From positions 5,130,001 through 5,162,000 of the forward strand of contig NC_009925.1 in the NCBI RefSeq assembly GCF_000018105.1: a DNA stretch of 32,000 nucleotides. Reading direction: 5' to 3'. The notes beneath the pieces were generated by a model. The model searched no databases and had not been told where the DNA came from. It worked only from the letters and a program-made list of their open reading frames with translations. A program made the translations under genes and the position numbers. The DNA is from Acaryochloris marina MBIC11017 (lineage in GTDB: Bacteria > Cyanobacteriota > Cyanobacteriia > Thermosynechococcales > Thermosynechococcaceae). This document shows, piece by piece, positions 7,741-15,999 of this stretch (its first letter is position 1; each line of letters starts with the position of its first letter).

Positions 7741-8736
7741 ATGACTGTATCAACTAACTCAACCCTCACCCCGTTTGCCCAAAAGCTGGTTGCCCCCCTG
7801 ACGAAGCAGACAATTTCAGTGCTGCAAATTAATTTAGGGCGACGGTGCAACTTAGCCTGTAGCCACTGCCATGTCGAGGCTAGCCCTAAGCGGACAGAAG
7901 AGCTATCCCCAGAGATCTGTGAGCAGTTGGTTGAATTGATTCATCGATTCCCTCAGATTGAAACCGTAGACTTAACGGGGGGTGCCCCGGAGATGAATTA
8001 CGGCTTTCGTCCCCTAGTAGAGGCGGCTCGCTCCCACAACAAAGAAGTCATTGTCCGTTCAAATTTAACCATTTACTTTGAGCCGGGTTTTGAAGATTTA
8101 CCGGACTATTTTGCTCAGCATCAACTACGAGTGGTGGCTTCCTTGCCCTGTTATCTGGAGCAAAATGTAGACAAAATGCGGGGTGATGGCGTTTTTGACA
8201 ACTCAATCAAAGCGCTGCAGCGGTTGAATCAGTTGGGCTATGGCTCCGATTCGAACTTAACGCTGAACCTAGTGTATAACCCTCAGGTGCCGACTACCCT
8301 GGACTTTGCCCTAGCGCCAGATCAGCAGCCCTTAGAACTGGCCTATAAACAACATTTAGGGGAGCAGTTTGGGATTACGTTTAACCATCTGTTTGCGATT
8401 ACCAATCTCCCCATCGGCCGCACCAAGTTTCATCTGGAACACCGTCAGCTTCATCAGCCCTATCTGCAGTTTTTGGAAGGTCACTTTAATGACTCGACCG
8501 TTGAGCATTTAATGTGCCGCAATGAGCTATCCGTGGACTATCTGGGCAATATCTATGACTGCGATTTTAACCAAATGGAAGAGATCCCTGCCACGACCCC
8601 TAAGGGGGAACGATTAACGGTGAAGAAGCTATTGGATGCTGGCAGTCTCGATGTAATTGAGGACGTGAAAACAGCGCCCTATTGCTATGGCTGCACCGCT
8701 GGGAGTGGTTCGAGCTGCGGCGGTTCTTTGTTATGA
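7741..8736 (+). CDS. arsS: Radical SAM/Cys-rich protein, ArsS-like (arsenosugar-type)
   Basis: The CxxxCxxC radical-SAM motif CNLACSHC is at 7846-7869. The Cys/Gly-rich C-terminus is APYCYGCTAGSGSSCGGSLL, as I recall for the radical-SAM/Cys-rich (seleno)protein family that pairs with arsM. The start could instead be the GTG at 7726. Confidence 0.8.
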   Translation: MTVSTNSTLTPFAQKLVAPLTKQTISVLQINLGRRCNLACSHCHVEASPKRTEELSPEICEQLVELIHRFPQIETVDLTGGAPEMNYGFRPLVEAARSHNKEVIVRSNLTIYFEPGFEDLPDYFAQHQLRVVASLPCYLEQNVDKMRGDGVFDNSIKALQRLNQLGYGSDSNLTLNLVYNPQVPTTLDFALAPDQQPLELAYKQHLGEQFGITFNHLFAITNLPIGRTKFHLEHRQLHQPYLQFLEGHFNDSTVEHLMCRNELSVDYLGNIYDCDFNQMEEIPATTPKGERLTVKKLLDAGSLDVIEDVKTAPYCYGCTAGSGSSCGGSLL

Positions 8737-8764
8737 CATCACACACATTTTTAAAGGTAAATCT

Positions 8765-9517
8765 ATGAATCTTCGTCGCTGGAAAAAAATTCAACCGATA
8801 TTATTGGCCGCCTTTGCCTTTTTGGTGATTACGGCTTCACCCGCTTGGGCCGCAGATGGGGGTGGGTTTAACCCCCAACAGCTCTTGAAGGATGCTTTAT
8901 TGTGGATCGAGAGTTTAGGTACTGTAGGTGCGATCGCATTTATCGGTATCTATATTGTTGCCACTGTGGCCTTTTTACCCGGCTCCGTTTTGACCTTAGG
9001 AGCTGGTGTTGTTTTCGGGGTGGTTCAAGGCTCTTTTTTGGTCTTTATTGGCGCTACCATCGGTGCGACTCTCGCATTCCTCGTGGGCCGATATGCGGCT
9101 CGGGGTTGGATCTCTAAAAAAATTGAAGGCAACGATAAATTCGCAGCCATTGATCGGGCTGTGGGCAAAGAAGGATTTAAGATTGTTCTGTTAACCCGAT
9201 TGTCCCCCATCTTCCCCTTTAACCTCCTCAACTATGGCATGGGCGTTACGGGTGTCTCTCTTAGAGATTACTTCTTCGGCTCCGTGGGCATGATTCCCGG
9301 CACCATTATGTACGTCTATCTGGGATCTCTCGCGGGGAATATTGCTACCCTCGGCACAGGCGATCAACCTTCTAACCCCACCATTACCTGGGCCATCCGC
9401 ATTATCGGTTTTGTGGCCACGGTTCTTGTGACCGTCTATGTGACGAAAGTGGCCCGCAAAGCCTTGGCAGAAGCAGTCCCTGAAACTGGTACTGCGGTTG
9501 AGCAAGAGCTAAGTTAA
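8765..9517 (+). CDS. TVP38/TMEM64 (DedA-superfamily, SNARE-associated) membrane protein
   Basis: The signal-like N-terminus is MNLRRWKKIQPILLAAFAFLVITASPAWA. The core ATVAFLPGSVLTLGAGVVFG...GATIGATLAFLVGRY...RLSPIFPFNLLNYGMG is typical of the family. The ATG at 8765 is chosen because the longer ORF (8687) overlaps the arsS 3' end. Confidence 0.8.
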   Translation: MNLRRWKKIQPILLAAFAFLVITASPAWAADGGGFNPQQLLKDALLWIESLGTVGAIAFIGIYIVATVAFLPGSVLTLGAGVVFGVVQGSFLVFIGATIGATLAFLVGRYAARGWISKKIEGNDKFAAIDRAVGKEGFKIVLLTRLSPIFPFNLLNYGMGVTGVSLRDYFFGSVGMIPGTIMYVYLGSLAGNIATLGTGDQPSNPTITWAIRIIGFVATVLVTVYVTKVARKALAEAVPETGTAVEQELS

Positions 9518-10197
9518 TGCTGCAAGAAGGACTACGCCATCGGCAAGTGAAAGGTCGCAGACGATTACTAGCAGGATTGGTAGGGGTGTTGTTGCTTCCC
9601 TTCGCCATCCGGTATGTTCCCTTGCTGTTTGACCAGATGCATTTGGTGGAGTTTGTTCAATCCCATGGTTTATGGGGGGCGATCATCTTTATCCTGCTGC
9701 ATATTGTCGCCACGGTGTTGGGGGTCCCTGGAGTCATTTTGACCATCGTGGGAGGTGTCTTGTTTGGCCTGCTGTGGGGGAGCTTTTTATCCCTAGCAGG
9801 AGCCACCTTGGGAGCCATGGGAGCCTTCTGGATGGCCCGTTACCTATTGTTAGATTGGGCCCAGAGACGTGTGCGAGATCGCAAGCTGCTCTGTACGTTT
9901 AACCAAGCCGTGCTCCAGCATCCATTCAGCTTTGTCCTGATTGTTCGCTTTGCGCCTATTTCTCCCTTTAATTTAGTGAATTTCCTGTTTGGCATGACCA
10001 CCATTCATTGGTTTCCCTACAGTTTAGGAACGCTGATTGGAATTATTCCTGGGGTGATTGCCTATACCTGGATCGGGGTTGCCGGGAATGATGCCATGCA
10101 TGGTAAAGGCCCTTGGCCCTTGGTGATTGCCTGTACCTGCCTAGCGGTGCTGTCGGCAATGCCTTTGTTACTGCGTAAGAAGCGATCGCTGACTTAA
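9517..10197 (+). CDS. TVP38/TMEM64 (DedA-superfamily) membrane protein, second copy
   Basis: It shows the same family pattern: ATVLGVPGVILTIVGGVLFG...GATLGAMGAFWMARY...RFAPISPFNLVNFLFGM. Its start codon overlaps the previous stop (TAATG at 9515-9519), which implies translational coupling. Confidence 0.8.
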   Translation: MLQEGLRHRQVKGRRRLLAGLVGVLLLPFAIRYVPLLFDQMHLVEFVQSHGLWGAIIFILLHIVATVLGVPGVILTIVGGVLFGLLWGSFLSLAGATLGAMGAFWMARYLLLDWAQRRVRDRKLLCTFNQAVLQHPFSFVLIVRFAPISPFNLVNFLFGMTTIHWFPYSLGTLIGIIPGVIAYTWIGVAGNDAMHGKGPWPLVIACTCLAVLSAMPLLLRKKRSLT

Positions 10198-10219
10198 GCC
10201 CTTTTTAGGTTCGCGGCCC

Positions 10220-10609
10220 CTAAACCAGAAGCTGCCACAGAATCACAAATAGAGACAAGATAGACCCGACAAATCCCAACGACCGCAAAACTGGTACGCC
10301 AATAATGTAGGCAAAGGCATGAAAGACCCTGCAGGCCACCATAACGATTGCGGTCAGATTAATCAGTGGGTTGGCAGTTCCCGACAACTGAACGACGAGC
10401 AGGGTCACCACCAACATCGGTAAATTTTCATAATGGTTGCGCTGAGCCCGCTCTGCCCGTTGAGCCCAGGGGGGAATCTCTGGCATAGTGTCCCGGTTGC
10501 TGGTGGCCCATTCCATTCCCCCTTCTGCAAACCGCGCCAGGGTGGGGATGTAATTGAGGGGAAGAGACCACATGGCTAGTGCCAGGGCACAAAATAATAC
10601 TGTTGTCAT
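10220..10609 (-). CDS. MAPEG-family membrane protein (glutathione-transferase-like)
   Basis: 129 aa, with about 4 hydrophobic segments. The motif RAERAQRNHYENLPML matches the MAPEG R-x3-N-x2-E-x2-P pattern from memory. Confidence 0.65.
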   Translation of the reverse strand: MTTVLFCALALAMWSLPLNYIPTLARFAEGGMEWATSNRDTMPEIPPWAQRAERAQRNHYENLPMLVVTLLVVQLSGTANPLINLTAIVMVACRVFHAFAYIIGVPVLRSLGFVGSILSLFVILWQLLV

Positions 10610-10747
10610 AGCCGGTTAATCTAAGCAAAATACCAATAGCCCTAATGGTACTGAGCAATGGAATATTTGTGTGCTACAGCAAGGTAAAAGTCCTGAAAAT
10701 TGCCCTATGCCATATATTTAGACTCAGGGGCAAGACTGAAATGGATT

Positions 10748-13015
10748 TTAAGCAGATTGGTACTCGAATCGATCTTGCGATCGCAACAAGGATGTCGCGC
10801 CCCTCGCCGTTAGGGGTGGGGCAAACAAAAAGCCTTGGCCGTGGGTACAGTTGAGAGAATTGAGGTAATTAAGCTGGATTTTATTTTCAACCCCTTCTGC
10901 TACTACCTGTAGATCCAAATTATTGGCTAATAAGAGAATCGAACGGATAATGGCTTGCCCCTCTGCTCCCATATCGATTCGTTGGACAAAGGTTTGATCG
11001 ATTTTTAGGGCATTAATCGGTAGGCTATACAGGTAGCTGAGAGAAGAATAGCCCGCTCCAAAATCATCCAGATAGAGTTCTAGCCCCAGCTCCCGCAATT
11101 GTTTCAGTAAACTTATCGTCGTCTGATCATTGCGAATAATCGTGCTTTCCGTTAGCTCTAGTTTCAGATGGGTGGGGTCGATGCGAGAGGCAGCTATGAT
11201 ATCCGCCACCTTAGTGACCAAATCGCTATGAAACAGCTGTTTAGCCGATAAATTAACGCTAATGCGCAGGGTCTCATAATCTGGAAGACGCTGCCATTGA
11301 CGGAGTTGATTGCAGGCCTGCTGCAAGACCGATAATCCTAAGTCCTGGATCATGCCGGACTCCTCAGCAATGCCAATCAGATCCGAGGCGGCGATGGGTT
11401 GATGGTTGCTGTCGTACCAGCGGATCAACGCCTCGAAGGCGTCAATGGCTCCAGTTTTTAGACAAACAATAGGCTGGTAGTAAATTTCAAAGGCTTGGCG
11501 TTCAATGGCTCGCCGCATTTCCGTTTCCAACTGAGATCGCGCCATTGTCTGGGACTGCATGCCCGTATTAAAGACCTTATGGCAGCCCTTGCCGGCGGAC
11601 TTAGCCTGGTACATGGCCACATCCGCATCCTGAAGCACCTGTTCAGCATCGTGGTAGCCAAAGTTGCTGAGGGTAATGCCAATGCTGACATCAATGAAAA
11701 TTTCATGTACCCCTAAATTAAAGGGTAGGGTCAATTGTTGTCGCAGGCGCTCTGCTGTGGAGGTCGCATCTTCTTGGTTTTGGAGGCCATTGAGCAAAAT
11801 AACAAATTCATCTCCACCTAAGCGAGAGGCCGTATCACCGGGACGCAAAGAAGAGAGCAGCCGTTCAGCAATGCCCATCAGCAACTGATCGCCCACTCCA
11901 TGTCCCATGCTGTCGTTAATGATTTTGAACCGATCTAAATCCAAGAACAGTACTGCAAACAGATAATCGGGATAGCGCTGCAGCTGTTTGAGGGATTGTT
12001 CGAGCCGATTAATAAATAGGGCGCGATTGGGTAGATCCGTTAGGGGATCGTGGAAGGCATGATGGAGCAGTTCTGTCTCTTTTTGGTGATGCTTTAAGGC
12101 TCCACTAAGACTTGCCACCAAGGTTTGCAATAGGGAAATATCGGGCGTAGACCATTGGCGCTCAATATGACGATTTTCAAAGCTCATAAATCCCCAGAGC
12201 TGGTCCTCGATAATGATGGGGAGTAGAAACACCGAGCAAATGTCAGCTCGTTTTAGATGCGATCGCTCAATCTCATGAAAATCTCGGGTTAGCTGGGAAA
12301 ACGGTAGACGACGAACCAAGGACTGGTACCACCGTCGTTGACCAATCACATCGGAGGGAACGGTCCAAGGCAAATGTAAACTGGACGCTGACTCGGTCTT
12401 TTTTACCCAGGCATAGCGCAGCTGGGGGGTAAGCACGCCAGCGGTCGATGTATGGAGTTCACAAACATAGAGGCGATCGATCTGGGCGGCATTGCCGACT
12501 ACTGCCAGGGCCTTGGTGACAGCTGTATTGAAATGGGAACCCGTGAGCAGATATTGACTGGCTTCTGCCACGGCGGTCAGTAGGTTATCCCGCTGTTGCT
12601 GAGCTAGTCGATGCTGGAGGTGTTCCGTGCGATCCAGCCAACAACCGATCAGTTCTAGTCCGGGTCCGTTGGGTTTCGACACGAGCTGAAAAATATTCTG
12701 AACCCAGCGATACCCTAACTGTTTATGAAAAAAACGGTACTCACACTCCTGCCAAACATCTAATGTGCCTTGGCTAAGGGTTTCTAAGGCCAGAGACCGA
12801 TCGTCAGGATGGATCAGGGAGAGCCAGCGGGTTGGCTCTGCTAGCAAATCCTGATCTGTATAGCCAAACAGGGAGGTAACGCTCTTAGAAACAGCCGTTA
12901 ATTCATAGGCACCTGGACAGCTGCTATACATAACCGCAGGGCAAGCAGCAGACAGATGATCTAATTTGGACTGTTGGTCGCTTTTCACGATTTCGGACAG
13001 CGGAGGGAACGTCAC
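10748..13015 (-). CDS. PAS-GAF-GGDEF-EAL c-di-GMP signalling protein
   Basis: 755 aa. The GGDEF site is intact (RLGGDEF) with an RxxD I-site five residues upstream (RPGD). The EAL site is intact (FEALIRW, ELTES, DDFGAGYSS, KIDQTF, EGVEN, GQGF). The N-terminal PAS-like and GAF-like segments are judged by pattern only. The start codon is GTG. Confidence 0.9.
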   Translation of the reverse strand: MTFPPLSEIVKSDQQSKLDHLSAACPAVMYSSCPGAYELTAVSKSVTSLFGYTDQDLLAEPTRWLSLIHPDDRSLALETLSQGTLDVWQECEYRFFHKQLGYRWVQNIFQLVSKPNGPGLELIGCWLDRTEHLQHRLAQQQRDNLLTAVAEASQYLLTGSHFNTAVTKALAVVGNAAQIDRLYVCELHTSTAGVLTPQLRYAWVKKTESASSLHLPWTVPSDVIGQRRWYQSLVRRLPFSQLTRDFHEIERSHLKRADICSVFLLPIIIEDQLWGFMSFENRHIERQWSTPDISLLQTLVASLSGALKHHQKETELLHHAFHDPLTDLPNRALFINRLEQSLKQLQRYPDYLFAVLFLDLDRFKIINDSMGHGVGDQLLMGIAERLLSSLRPGDTASRLGGDEFVILLNGLQNQEDATSTAERLRQQLTLPFNLGVHEIFIDVSIGITLSNFGYHDAEQVLQDADVAMYQAKSAGKGCHKVFNTGMQSQTMARSQLETEMRRAIERQAFEIYYQPIVCLKTGAIDAFEALIRWYDSNHQPIAASDLIGIAEESGMIQDLGLSVLQQACNQLRQWQRLPDYETLRISVNLSAKQLFHSDLVTKVADIIAASRIDPTHLKLELTESTIIRNDQTTISLLKQLRELGLELYLDDFGAGYSSLSYLYSLPINALKIDQTFVQRIDMGAEGQAIIRSILLLANNLDLQVVAEGVENKIQLNYLNSLNCTHGQGFLFAPPLTARGATSLLRSQDRFEYQSA

Positions 13016-13276
13016 ACCAAAATTACTCCAAGCACAGGTAAAACATGACTTTCACCAATTGAAATGGCGTAAATTCACGTATATTTCTGAATACTGGCTG
13101 AATAAACCTGCTTCCCTCAAAGGGTACGAGGTGATTTAGGCGGTTGTCCTCCGCAAATATACGGACATGTTTAAACAGAATATTTCGTATTATTAAGCTC
13201 GATTTCTAGGACTAGTAATTGGTCCTATTGACGGGCTCTTTTCATGAGAGCTGTAATTCTTCAAAGCCTTGTAGTG

Positions 13277-14281
13277 CTATGGCTTGTCAATCTTTGATCG
13301 GAGGATAGGGGTTGTTGCAGTTTGAGATTGCTTTGTGTCTAACCACGCTAGACCTGCCCCCAAGGCTTCGGCAAGGGTGTTCATCAATCGATACAAAGCG
13401 ACACTGCCCAACGCTACCCCGTAGGAAAGGGTGGAGGCCTCGGTCAGGACGCCGGGGCGAATCATCAGCTGACAAACGGTGAGTTCAAACACGCCGACTC
13501 CCCCTGGAATCCCAGGAGTGACAAATCCCAGCAGCCAACCAATACTGAAAATGCTAATCAAACGCGGAATCGCTTCAATCTCTACAGGCGTAAGGGCTTG
13601 GACGGTGAGAGCAAATCCCAGACCCCTCAGGACAATAATGCTAATTTCACCCAGTAAAGGACGCCAGGGATAGTGCTTGAGCAGGAAGGGTTTAGGTCTT
13701 CTTTTCGATTTGGATTTAGAAATAACGGCTCCGAGTTGAGACAGCCGTCGAATCAGAAACCGCAAAATTTTAGGATGGACAATAACTAAGGCAGCTAGTA
13801 GTCCCAAGCCTGCCGTCCATAGCCCCCCCTGCGGTACGCTTAATAACCCCAGAATCAACCCTGCTGAAATCATTAGAAGAGTGTCGAGAATGACACTAAG
13901 GGAGGCAGCGGTGAGAGGAATTCCTACGTTTTGGGCAGCAAGGGTTCGACCATAAAGGTGGAGGAGATTGCTGGGTAAGTATTTGGCAATATTAGTGGTT
14001 AGGTAAATCTGGGTTGCCCAAATATTGCTGACGGGATGTCCTAAATCCTCTAAAATCCAGCCCCAAACCCACCCAGTCCAGGTAAAGGCAAATAGGGTGA
14101 TACCGGTTGCGATCGCAACGCTAGCCCAAGCCGACAGAGTAATCTGAATGGCTGCAATCGCCTGCCAATGCTCGAATAGGGCTTTCCCTAAAAAGGCCAA
14201 AACCGCCATCAGCAAGCCAGCGAAAAAAACGGACTTATAGCTTGCCCATAGCTGCTTCACCCAGCTCCATCGCTGCTCCAT
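13277..14281 (-). CDS. Polytopic membrane protein, UPF0104/lysyl-PG-synthase-TM (flippase-like) family
   Basis: 334 aa with about 8 hydrophobic helices. A central basic loop (SKSKSKRRPK) and NIAKYLPSNLLHLYGRT resemble UPF0104 proteins. The family call is tentative. Confidence 0.5.
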   Translation of the reverse strand: MEQRWSWVKQLWASYKSVFFAGLLMAVLAFLGKALFEHWQAIAAIQITLSAWASVAIATGITLFAFTWTGWVWGWILEDLGHPVSNIWATQIYLTTNIAKYLPSNLLHLYGRTLAAQNVGIPLTAASLSVILDTLLMISAGLILGLLSVPQGGLWTAGLGLLAALVIVHPKILRFLIRRLSQLGAVISKSKSKRRPKPFLLKHYPWRPLLGEISIIVLRGLGFALTVQALTPVEIEAIPRLISIFSIGWLLGFVTPGIPGGVGVFELTVCQLMIRPGVLTEASTLSYGVALGSVALYRLMNTLAEALGAGLAWLDTKQSQTATTPILRSKIDKP

Positions 14282-14321
14282 AAAAATATGCTCTAACTTG
14301 GGTATAGACCGCTAGTCTTTA

Positions 14322-15296
14322 TTAATCAGGACTGAGTCCTTTGGCTTTCAGCCAGTCTGGATTAAACAACTTAGACTGATAGCGAGTGCCGCTATCACAA
14401 AGCACCGTGACAATGGTATGCCCAGGCCCCATCTCTTTGGCGAGGGCGACCGCTGCGCCCACATTGATGCCGACCGATCCCCCTAAAAACAGGCCATCTT
14501 CTCGCAATAGCTGGTAAATGATCCGTAGCGCTTCGGGGTCATCCACTTGAATGGCATCATCGATGGGAGCCCCTTCCAAATTAGCGGTGACCCGGCTATT
14601 GCCAATGCCCTCGGTAACCGAATTGCCTTCCGGCTTAATTTCTCCGGTTTTGACATAGCTATAGAGACCGCTCCCCATGGGGTCCGCCAAAATCGTTTTG
14701 AGATTGGGGTTTTGCTCTTTGAGATAGAGAGCTACTCCGGCATAGGTGCCGCCGGTCCCCGTGGAGGTGACCCAGGCATCGATCTTGCCATCGGTCTGCT
14801 GCCAGATTTCGGGGCCGGTGCCTTCATAATGGGCGAGACGATTGGCCAAATTGTCGAATTGGTTGGCCCACACAGCATTGTCTAGTTCGTCAGCGATGCG
14901 GCCCGACAGTTTGACATAGTTGTTGGGATCACGATAGGGCACCGCTGGCACCGCTCGAACTTCAGCCCCCAATAGCCGTAACGCATCCATCTTCTCTTGG
15001 GATTGGGTTTCGGGAATCACGATTAAACATTTGTAGCCCTTAGCATTGCAGATATGGGCCAGGCCAATCCCCGTATTACCTGCCGTCCCTTCTACTACTG
15101 TGCCGCCGGGTTTAAGCACCCCTCTTTTTTCAGCGTCATTGATCATAAACAGAGCAGCCCGATCCTTAACGGACCCCCCCGGATTTAAGAACTCAGCTTT
15201 GCCCAAAATTTCGCAGCCGGTTTGCTCACTGAAACTATTGAGGCGAATGAGGGGAGTGTTGCCAACTGCGCCGACAAAGCCGTGTTTAATGTCCAT
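14322..15296 (-). CDS. PLP-dependent cysteine synthase family protein (CysK-like)
   Basis: 324 aa. It contains GNTPLIRLN, the PLP-lysine motif NPGGSVKDR, GNTGIGLA and the phosphate loop STGTGGT. Confidence 0.85.
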   Translation of the reverse strand: MDIKHGFVGAVGNTPLIRLNSFSEQTGCEILGKAEFLNPGGSVKDRAALFMINDAEKRGVLKPGGTVVEGTAGNTGIGLAHICNAKGYKCLIVIPETQSQEKMDALRLLGAEVRAVPAVPYRDPNNYVKLSGRIADELDNAVWANQFDNLANRLAHYEGTGPEIWQQTDGKIDAWVTSTGTGGTYAGVALYLKEQNPNLKTILADPMGSGLYSYVKTGEIKPEGNSVTEGIGNSRVTANLEGAPIDDAIQVDDPEALRIIYQLLREDGLFLGGSVGINVGAAVALAKEMGPGHTIVTVLCDSGTRYQSKLFNPDWLKAKGLSPD

Positions 15297-15505
15297 GGTC
15301 GCGGAAAAGATTTACATATTTGCCTATCTTCCCACGACATGTCCGGCTGTGACCAAGGGTTATGGCTCCGCTGTCCCAGTGTTTCCCAAAATTGAGAAAT
15401 TCCCCAAACCGATGGTGCAAAGGGTCTGCTGTGTATGTTACGCTAATAAACCGTCGGCGCTTGATGAAAGCTAACGCATCAGCTACTTTCACTAACCGAC
15501 CAATT

Positions 15506-15578
15506 GGCTCAGTAGCTCAGTGGTTAGAGCAGGGGACTCATAAGCCCAAGGTCGCAAGTTCAAATCTCGCCTGAGCCA
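15506..15578 (+). tRNA. tRNA with anticodon CAT (elongator Met or lysidine-modified Ile2; CCA not encoded)
   Basis: A cloverleaf was drawn by hand. The acceptor stem GGCTCAG/CTGAGCC has 7 bp. The D arm is GCTC-AGTGGTTA-GAGC. The anticodon loop is CTCATAA and the T loop is TTCAAAT. The discriminator is A. G1:C72 is paired, so this is not an initiator. The stems contain three mismatches (see findings). Confidence 0.75.
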
Positions 15579-15824
15579 TTTATCAAATTTGGAGTATCTG
15601 AAGGCTCACAAAGAAGATGGCCTTCGATATAAGTTAGCTTAAATTGTCGGTTTGTGAGGTTGAGACAGTCTCTCCTTACCCTTTGGCTAGGCAACACAAA
15701 GACACCTACTCTGCATTTTTCGCCGATTGGGATGTGATCTACTGCTCAAGATTAAGTGAGGGACGTGATCTGTCCGCAACCTGTAAGGGATTGAACTCCT
15801 GTTTAATTTCGTAATGAATTCAAC

Positions 15825-15971
15825 ATGGCCTCTCGAAAACGTGACTTACCCACTAAGATTTGCCCAGTTTGTGGATTGCCATTTACCTGGCGCAAGAAAT
15901 GGCGCAATTGTTGGGACGATGTTATTTACTGTTCTAAGAAATGTCGCAGAAATCGTAAATCATCGTCTTAA
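15825..15971 (+). CDS. Small zinc-ribbon protein, DUF2256-like (48 aa)
   Basis: The ORF runs from the ATG at 15825 to the TAA at 15969-15971. It encodes MASRKRDLPTKICPVCGLPFTWRKKWRNCWDDVIYCSKKCRRNRKSSS. The CPVCG...FTWRKKW...W..V.YCS.KCR pattern matches my memory of DUF2256. It is below the ORF-track length cutoff and is masked by the out-of-frame 72-aa ORF at 15814-16032. Confidence 0.65.
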   Translation: MASRKRDLPTKICPVCGLPFTWRKKWRNCWDDVIYCSKKCRRNRKSSS

Positions 15972-15999
15972 CGTAAGGTTTTTTCATGTATTGAGAAAG

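Noticed and set aside
8902-9608. Several 60-104-aa ORFs overlapping the TVP38 genes on both strands
   Set aside because: They are alternative frames of well-supported membrane-protein genes. Their Arg/Cys/Gly-rich translations are typical of off-frame reads.
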